Virus record (IMG/VR): IMGVR_UViG_3300016371_000007
Span: 11,873-75,872 of that record
From: a virus
Lineage: Duplodnaviria > Caudoviricetes
Length of the DNA stretch: 64,000 nucleotides
Direction: 5' to 3' (one strand)
Shown: positions 9,891-18,500 of the stretch, in pieces
Position numbering within the stretch: position 1 is the stretch's first letter
How the letters are laid out: each line of letters begins with the position of its first letter
Notes under the pieces: model-generated
Databases searched by the model: none
What the model saw: the letters and a program-made list of their open reading frames with translations, nothing else
Told to the model about the DNA's origin: nothing
Program-made: the position numbers and the translations under genes

Positions 9891-12527
9891 ATGGCAGGCG
9901 GTGTAGGTGATACTAGCAGTGTACCTGAGCATGGCCCGATCCAGGCGCAATACTGGCCGCAGACACATGTTACCCAGCTTGGCCCGATCAACAGACTGGA
10001 GCCGGTTAACTGGATGGATAGCTTGGGCCTAGCGGCCCGCGAGGCTGGCAAGCAGCTGATGACGAGCATGGCAAATCCCGCCGTCAGAGAGGCGGCTCGT
10101 GCGGAGGCGATGCGTGCTCAAGCCGAGCAAAAACTCGCGCAATACTACCGGGATAATCCCATGATGCTTCGCCGGTACGGTTCAATGGGAAGCGGCGGCC
10201 TTACCACCCTAGCGAAAGCTCAATCCGGTGTCCTTGGTTACGTGGGTGACACGGATATCATGCCGACTCAGACGAATGACGCCCCGGCAGCCCCGAGTCA
10301 GACTGGAGGAGACGGAAGCGCAGAGGCCGAAAAGACCACTAAGGCATTGAAACCGGGACCAAGGCCCGGAACGGAAGAGACCCCAGCAGATGGCGACCAG
10401 AGTGACCAGAACAAGGATACCAGCAAGCCATTTGGAAGCACTACGAATTTTGGCGGCGTTTCCAATGTGCCAGCTGCACCTCAGACCATGGATGATCTGG
10501 ACAGCCGGATCCGGGTGGCTGTGGCGGATGTGATGAACAATCCCACGGCCTATCTCAATCCGGGTGGGGCGGCTCAGTATCCGAGCCAGCCTTGGTATGG
10601 AAGCCAGGGAGGACAGGTACCACAGAGACTGGCTGATGGCGGCCAAGTGCAGCAAGCACCACAGCAGGACCAAGATAATCAGAACTTTCAGCCATCACCT
10701 TTTGTGTCCCCCGCACTCCAACAAGCAGCCGGTGGCGATCCGCAAAAAGAGCTGGCACTCCTCCGGCAATGGCAAGGCACCCAGCAGGCTAATTTGCACC
10801 CCGTCATTCCGGCTAGCGCTGTTAAAGCGGCACTGAAAGAAGGAGTACACACCGGAGTCACGGATGTGGTTTACAATCAGGGCGCTGGCCCAGGCGCACA
10901 GCCTAGTTACACCGTATACACCAAGAACCCACAAGGACAGGGGACTACTGCGCAGACTCTGCCGCTCACCCAGGTAGCGAAATTCTTCCCGCATCTGGCT
11001 TCGGGCAGCAATATGAGTCTGGCCATGAGCGGGGCAGATATGCAACAAGGGACGCCACCGGGCATGGGAACTCCTCCGGCACCCGTTGCGCCGACAGGAG
11101 GTGCCGGAGCTGCACCAGGAGCTACAGCCGGGTTTAACGCGGGCGCTCCTTCTGCCCCAGGTGCTTTAACAGGCGGGATTCAAGGAGCTGGCCAGAATCC
11201 GAATGACGTGGTTAATCAACAGATTCACCAGATGGTGGCCGACAGGATCCTGCATCCCGAAAATCTCCTGGTTGATAACACACCAGCCGGGAACCCGAAT
11301 AATGCGACCACTAACACCTCTAATGTAGTTAAAACCAACCCAAGCAATTTCCTCGACAGCTGGCGATCTAAGGATTCAACCACTGATCCCAATCCGCCGC
11401 CGATAATGAATCCGCAAGGGATTGCAGACGTGCAGCGGCAGAATGCAGCTCACCAGAAAGAAGGCTGGGATAAGGCCCAGGACGCAAATGACGGAAGTGG
11501 GGTCAATAAGATTGCAGCGGTACAATATGACGGAGCTGGAGGGCAACATTTCTGGTTCCACGATACCCGTTCTAACATCAGCAGCGTGCCATTCCTGGTC
11601 TATAGCGATACCGGGTATAGCCAGATCAGGATGCCGCTCGATGGCCAGGGCCACACTATGGAGGTGATGCTGCCGGACTGGCAGATCAAAGAGAATCTTT
11701 CAAAGATGGGGATCAATCCTGAGGGCTGGTCACACAATCAGATGGTGGCCGCAGTCCAACAAGAGATCTATAACAACACCCACGGCGATTTCCCTCTGGC
11801 TACCCGGAATAAACTCGAGACCGAGTTAAATCAAACCCTCCAATCTCAGCGAGGTATTGATGCCATCACCGAACTGAACAAGCATAACCAGCCTGGAGAT
11901 CCAGCCGGAAGTGGCTGGAGTATCATCCAGCGGGCTCGAGCGTACATCGATCAGAACTCGAATCTGATGGCTGGCTGGCCCCAAGCCCAACAATGGGTGA
12001 CAGCCATCCAGCACGCCCTGGGCAATGCCCCTGCGCCTGCGGCATTGGTGGCGCTCCAGGATGCAATGACCCAGTTAACTGATGAAAGTCGGTTGGGTCC
12101 TGAGGAAAAGGAGGGACTACCTCCTCTGAGCTTCGACAATTACCTATTGCCTCGCCTAATCCAGTATAACCATACGATGGCGGCACGTCTTAGTCGGCAG
12201 ATCTCAAGCTCTCTCAATAACAACGAAAAGATCGATGCTTCCTATCTGAAGGTAGGCAGAGGATTACGTGAGAATGGACGTGTCCCCGACACGGGACTTA
12301 GCATGGAAGCTCTCGATAAAATAACCCGGTCCAAACCGGGGACAGCTATGCCGAGCCCAACTGCGAGCCCCACTCCAGAACCAGTCTTGCAGGCGCAGCC
12401 TAACGCTACCCCGCTGGATACCCGCAACATGACCCAGGAGGAGATGAATAAGGCGCTTAGGAAACAGCCTTTGGGCAGCAAGTTCATCGACGGTCAAGGT
12501 CTAAAGATCCTCAGAAAATACCCGTAA
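9891..12527 (+). CDS. Internal virion/ejection protein
   Basis: 878-aa ORF coupled to the giant gene by a TAATG overlap; contains RLADGGQV. Confidence 0.65.
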   Translation: MAGGVGDTSSVPEHGPIQAQYWPQTHVTQLGPINRLEPVNWMDSLGLAAREAGKQLMTSMANPAVREAARAEAMRAQAEQKLAQYYRDNPMMLRRYGSMGSGGLTTLAKAQSGVLGYVGDTDIMPTQTNDAPAAPSQTGGDGSAEAEKTTKALKPGPRPGTEETPADGDQSDQNKDTSKPFGSTTNFGGVSNVPAAPQTMDDLDSRIRVAVADVMNNPTAYLNPGGAAQYPSQPWYGSQGGQVPQRLADGGQVQQAPQQDQDNQNFQPSPFVSPALQQAAGGDPQKELALLRQWQGTQQANLHPVIPASAVKAALKEGVHTGVTDVVYNQGAGPGAQPSYTVYTKNPQGQGTTAQTLPLTQVAKFFPHLASGSNMSLAMSGADMQQGTPPGMGTPPAPVAPTGGAGAAPGATAGFNAGAPSAPGALTGGIQGAGQNPNDVVNQQIHQMVADRILHPENLLVDNTPAGNPNNATTNTSNVVKTNPSNFLDSWRSKDSTTDPNPPPIMNPQGIADVQRQNAAHQKEGWDKAQDANDGSGVNKIAAVQYDGAGGQHFWFHDTRSNISSVPFLVYSDTGYSQIRMPLDGQGHTMEVMLPDWQIKENLSKMGINPEGWSHNQMVAAVQQEIYNNTHGDFPLATRNKLETELNQTLQSQRGIDAITELNKHNQPGDPAGSGWSIIQRARAYIDQNSNLMAGWPQAQQWVTAIQHALGNAPAPAALVALQDAMTQLTDESRLGPEEKEGLPPLSFDNYLLPRLIQYNHTMAARLSRQISSSLNNNEKIDASYLKVGRGLRENGRVPDTGLSMEALDKITRSKPGTAMPSPTASPTPEPVLQAQPNATPLDTRNMTQEEMNKALRKQPLGSKFIDGQGLKILRKYP

Positions 12528-15500
12528 TGGATCGGCCATTCCAGACTGGCGGCCCGGTGGCCAAGGATCCGCCCCCAGCTCCGACCCCGGACCTCGACCA
12601 ACATTGGATGGATATGGCGAGAGTGGCTGGCTGGCCGGAAAATGAAATTCAGATAGCTACTCAGCGAGGACTTTTGAAAAGCCCAGATTTCCAGCAAGAA
12701 GTACTAAGGCATTACAACTGGAAACAGCTCCACGAAATGACTCCATCGCCTGGAATGATGGAGCATGCACCAGCACCGCCGCCAGCACCAGTACCGACTG
12801 CAACTCCAACACCGAGTGATGATGAATCTTCTGGCATTGTAATGATGTCAGACACTGGGACCGGAAAGACGATGATATCGAATGAGGACGATATTAATCG
12901 TGGAGCGATTGAGCAGACGAAAGGTTATGGCAATCCTTCCTTGAAAGAGTCAATCCACAGCGGCAAAGGCGGCTGGCTCCCGGAGGCAATCCGGCACCCG
13001 GAACGCTACGGCTACGCGGAAGGCGGCCCAGTCAATGCGCCCGCAACTGCTTCCGGGGAATACGCTGGCTCCGATACTCCGCAGCCAGCTTCTACTCCCA
13101 CTACTCCGTCTCCCCAGACAATCCAGGCTGCCCAGCAGACTCCGGCCCAGCCGGTAGCTCAGCCCACTCCGACCCAGCCGATAGCGTCAGCCGATGTAGG
13201 CGAGATAGTTCCACAGAATCAGCAGAATGCTCCGGTCGCAGCCCCGGATGTGGGCTCAAACGAAGAAGAGACCGTCAATGACATCGTCAAAGAGTACGGG
13301 ACTAAGGCCCACATCAACGAAGGCTATTCCCATGGCCAGCTGACTAAGCCCATAGCCGTAGCCGCCATGGCAAAGATCGACGCCAACTATCAGGCAGCCG
13401 ATGACGCGACAAAAAAGGCCATGGCGCAAGCCGAGCATGATGCCGAGACAGGGCAGAACAGTAAAGCGCCTGTCGCGGGCAGTGATATCGGAGAGAAGGT
13501 AATACCAGACACGGTGCCGGTGATCTCCCAGGAAAGTGGTGGGCAACGCTTTGGCCAAACCATGGCCCAGGAGTTCCTGGGGCAGCAGACACCAATAGGA
13601 GACGCTGCCCGCGCTTACCTGCAAGAGCAGCATACTCCTGATGAGATCCAGGCGGCCATGGGCAAGTTCCAGGAGGCCCAAAATCTCCTCTTACGCCAGT
13701 ACAGAATTTCAGATCCTAAGACTCAGATCGATCTCCAGCGCCAAATCAGATCCCTTCTAACTGATCTCGTACCGGACTACATGGCGCTCCGATCTGGACA
13801 AGCTGGGTGGGAAGCTGAATACGGCGGCCAGAAGATCCTCAAAAATATAGGGGCCGTGGGAACCGACATGTTTGGCTCCGGCAAGGTTAAGCCATTTGAT
13901 CCCAACGGCGATCAGGTCAGTGCTTTCGAGCGCACTCCAGAGCAAGATGCTAACCGGCTGGATGCAGGAAAGAAAGCCTATGACGACTACATAGCTTCGA
14001 CCACGATTGTCCCTAAGAACGTGGCCGAGGAGCGCCAGCTGGCTGTCCTCCAAAAGCATGGGATGGCACCCAGCCCGGAAGCTATCGCGGGGGCACCGGA
14101 ATGGGCTACGGATGCAGGTCTAGCCTTAGTCGGCTCAGGCCTAGTTCCTGTCTTGGGCATTAACGAATTGGCATTAGAGGGAGTGCCAGAGCTAGAAGCC
14201 GCAGGCATGACTGCACGCGGCACCACCTTGCAAGCTGCCGTCAAAGGTGCGGTCTCGCGAACCGGCGGTGCGTTCAGCCGTGCTGGCGAATGGGCGCAAC
14301 CTGTGGGGGCGAAATTGGCCGGTAAGAGCTTCGGCAAGCTTCTGGCGCGAACCGCCGTGGGAGGCACTCTTGGCACTGGCTGGTACATATTTGATCCCTT
14401 CACCACCAATAAGCTGGCTCTGCTTGATCCATCCAACCCGAAGCATTGGCAAGCACTCATGGAGTATGCGCGAGACGCAGGCATCCCGAGCCTAATCGGC
14501 GGCGTGGGTGGCCTCACCCTGAACCGGGTAGGCTGGGCTAGCAGAATACTTGGCGACACCATGCGTGCGGCTGATGAACAGGCTTTCGTGCCATCGATTC
14601 AGGGCCAGTCAATCCGCACGGGGGCATCGTTCATGCCCCGTGAAGGTATCATGGGAGACATCTTCGGCCCGGAACGGACTGGTCCGGTAAATATCCCTTT
14701 CATGGAAGCAGCGCCACGGGGGATCATTCGCACACCGGCCATACAACTTGGTGGGCGCACACTCCGAAGCGCTATCGAGGCCGCCACTTCTGGCGTCCCT
14801 TATTCAGCTCTCACCTCCAAGGATACCGATCAATTCTTACAGAACGTAGAAAACTTCGGTTACCTGGGAGCCATCGTCCACGCTCCAGTCAACTTCTGGA
14901 ACGCGATCAAAGGCACATTCTTTAACCCTGCCTTTGTAGGCAGAGGCCAGGATCCGAACCGGCCACCGCCCTGGGGTCTGAGTAGCTATGGCGATAGGTA
15001 CGACAACGTCTCGCGGATGGAGTTCGACCGCATGGATAAGAGCCGTCAGAACGCCTTCCTCTATCAACAGGGCTTCGGAGACGCTAACGGGATTAAGACC
15101 CATCTTCTGCCTCCCGAGGTGGTAACTGAGGTTGCCAGGAACCTGGGCCAGGAGACTACACCCAGAGGCTTTACGATTCACAACCCGATCAGCGGGGAGA
15201 CGCATACCTTCATTTCCAGCGAGCATTACGATCCGGCAAGCGGCCATGAGTTTGGCCACAACATCCTGGATACGATGCATCCTACGGATCAGGCCCGGAT
15301 GATGTTCCTGGCTAGCCGGATCCCGGATAGCGAGATGAATGACTTCGTTACCCGGTATGCGAACGAGGCGGATCCAAGTGTTGGTCCGATTACTTTTAGC
15401 CAATTGCCAACCGAGTCAGAGATCAAGCCGGGTAGTCCCGATTACGATAAGGAGAAAGCCGACTTCGCCGCCAGGACCGGCAACCTGACTCAGGAACAGG

Positions 15501-18500
15501 CAAAGCGAGAACTCGCTGCCGATACCATCGGCCAATGGTTTGGCGGCCAGACGGCAGAGAAATGGCTCTCAAAGAACCCAGCTTTGATGCGTGAAGCTTC
15601 GATGCTGATTGGTAGTGGCCTGGAGGGCATGGGGATCCGCTCCACGACTGCCGATATTAATGGCCCGGTCGGTGCGCCGAAGTACATGCTCTTCGGCAAG
15701 ACCATCAACAAATACGTCAAGGGCTGGGTCCGAGGCCTCTACTCTGGAGCAAACCCGATCCTCAAGCTGCCGGGGGGATTAGAGAAAGAGTTTCAGGCCC
15801 AGGAGGCAGAAGCCCGCGAAGGTAGACAGCCGCTGCCGGAACCCACCGAGGAGCAAATCGCGAAACGGGCTTACGGGATTAGCCAGAAACGACCAGCGGG
15901 CGGGGCGCAGACTGCTGAAGAGGCTAGAGAGGATTGGTTACAAGCACAGAAAGAGCTGAGAGCACAGATAGCCGCAGCTCCCCGAGTCAGGGTGCGCCAA
16001 CCGCCCGGACCACCGGCAGCTCCATCCGGCCCGCAACCAGGGCCAGGAGTCTTGAAAGGCCTGATTGGAGCCTTTCACCATGCTCACGATTCGAAGGAGG
16101 CGCACGACACCCAATGGGAGCTGAAAAAGAAAGGACTCTCACCAGGAGAAGCCCAGGCAATCAGCGAAGGTAGGACCCCAACTCCAGGCCCAGCAAATCC
16201 TAGTCTGATGCCAGGAGGAAACGCGGGCGTAAAGGCCACACCCGAGGCCGTGGTCAAGCCAGCGATCCCGACCCAGCATCCGGCCCGCGAACGGCGACAG
16301 AACGAAGCCAAGGTCGCCAAAGGCAATGAGCCCCAAGATTATACCAGCAAGGTCACTAACCATAAGCTGATCGGCGTGACCGGCAGCGAGTTTGGTGAGG
16401 TCGATAATCCCAAGCGGGGCGGTTATACCGAGCCAGGGTGGAACATTGGAGCCTGGGGCGACCGGCTGGACGGGGAGAATAACCACGGGTTTGCGCTGCC
16501 GCCATCCATCCTGCGGCATCTTGGTTGGACCGGCCAGCACAACTACGGTCAGCTCTTTAACTCCCAGTACACAATCAGGGTTCACAACCCCAGGACTGGA
16601 GCCACTACTGAGGGACCACTCAAAGATATCGGTCCAGGCGCAAAGACCGGCGCACTGATCGATATGCTCTGGGGGTCCCGGCATGACCTGGGCTATGGCA
16701 CCAATTTCAAGGGCGGCGTTAATTTTGAGATCGTCGATAAGAAGGGCAATGTCGTCTACGCGCCGACCGGCCATGAAGTAGAGGAGGGTGGTGGCGGCGG
16801 CGGCGGCGGGGGCGGTGGACGAACAGGCGTGGTGCAGGCCGGTGGCGGGGCAGGCGGCGTAGGCAGCGCTCCGATAGCACCAGGAGCACCCGGCACCCCA
16901 GAATTCGAGGCCCAGCAACGACCAACCGTAATCCCCGGCACTCAGATGCCGGAACCGGAACAACCGGCTGCGAGACCTGCCGCCTATACGGAAGGGCCAT
17001 CCTGGACTCCAGCGCCAGAACAAAGCGGCATGATGCCCATGGGGGGGTACATGGGTCCTGGCGCACAGATGACCCCTTATGGGTTCATGCCACCACCGGC
17101 AGCGCCAAGTGGTCAGGTTTCCATGATGCCTGCGCGTGGGCCGAAGCAGCTGGGTGGCAAGTACGGAGAGACTGAGGAAGAGCCCAGCACAGCCAATAAT
17201 GGGCCGGTGGCTAACGCGGCAGTTGCCCCGCACCTAGCTAAAGGCACTCTGAAAGGCCTTGAAGACGCACAGATAGCTCACGCCGCAGAGCTATCAGACG
17301 ATGATCTCCGGGTCCAGAAACAGCCAGACGGCTTTTTCAAAGGTGAATACTTCCAGCGGGGAGACGCCTTGCATAGCGCTGTACTCAAGAATGTGCCGGA
17401 CAAGGAAAAGGAGGTAATGGCAAAAGCTGAAGAGGCAATTGCTAACCGGCAGCCGCTCAATACCACCTATGCCAGTGCGCCACGCAAAGGCTTGGAAGCA
17501 GAAGCGCCTACAACCCGGAGCCGCCAGATCGAATACGAGATGTCTAGCCCACAGGCGCGGCTCCTCAAGCAGACTACGGCCCAGCTGGCGGGACATACCA
17601 TGATCCCCACCGCCGTGGGCGTGAAACTAGCCGCGAAGAAGGGCGCACCGCATGAAGGCTATGTCCAGGGAATTAGCACCAATGCGGTGGCGAATAACCA
17701 CTGGCATATCAACCAAGCCCTAACCGAAGCCGGACATGCCAGCCCTTATCCCACGCTGGACAAGAAGTTTATGAACGATCTGGAGGGCTACATCTCCAAC
17801 CTGAACGCCGGATACAGAGGCACAGGCACTTCTCTTCAGCCCTCCACTAAAGCTTACCAAGTCAAAGTTGATCCCCGTCATGTGGCTTACCGGATTAAGC
17901 CGGAAGAAGCCGAATACATGAACATGCTGATCAACAATCAGGCGGCCAGAGCTAAGAAAGCGGGACCGCTGCGGGAGCTGGCCCGAGCCGGTGGCACGCT
18001 TTATACCGAAGAAGGCGAGACTAATCCGCTCCGGCTGGCATTAGACATGCGCGAAGCCAAGCTCCGGCATGAGGCGGCGGCGGCAAACCCAGAGAACCCA
18101 GAGCTAAAGAAACGCCTGGAGAAGCGCTGGAGCGAGGACACCCTGGAGCCAACCATTCGTACCTTTAAGGCGGGATTGGTTCACGAGACCCATGGCAGCC
18201 AAGAGGCAATGCCCGAAGCCATACGGCCTGGGGAAGAGTTCAAGGACCTAACCACGGCCATGCAGCGGCATCTGCCACGGGGACGGCCTGATGTGCCAGT
18301 GAGCGTGAACTTCATGCCAGGACGTGGTCACGCCCCAGAGTTTAAATCGGTCAGCCCAGAGGAATTCATTACCCAGCGCAATAAGTCGAAGCGACCTCAG
18401 TATTTGTCCGAACTAAGCCCACACGAGATTCGCGAGCACCAGCTTTATACGAGCCATGACGGCACTTCTGGAGTAGCCATCGATCCGCATGGCGATATCC

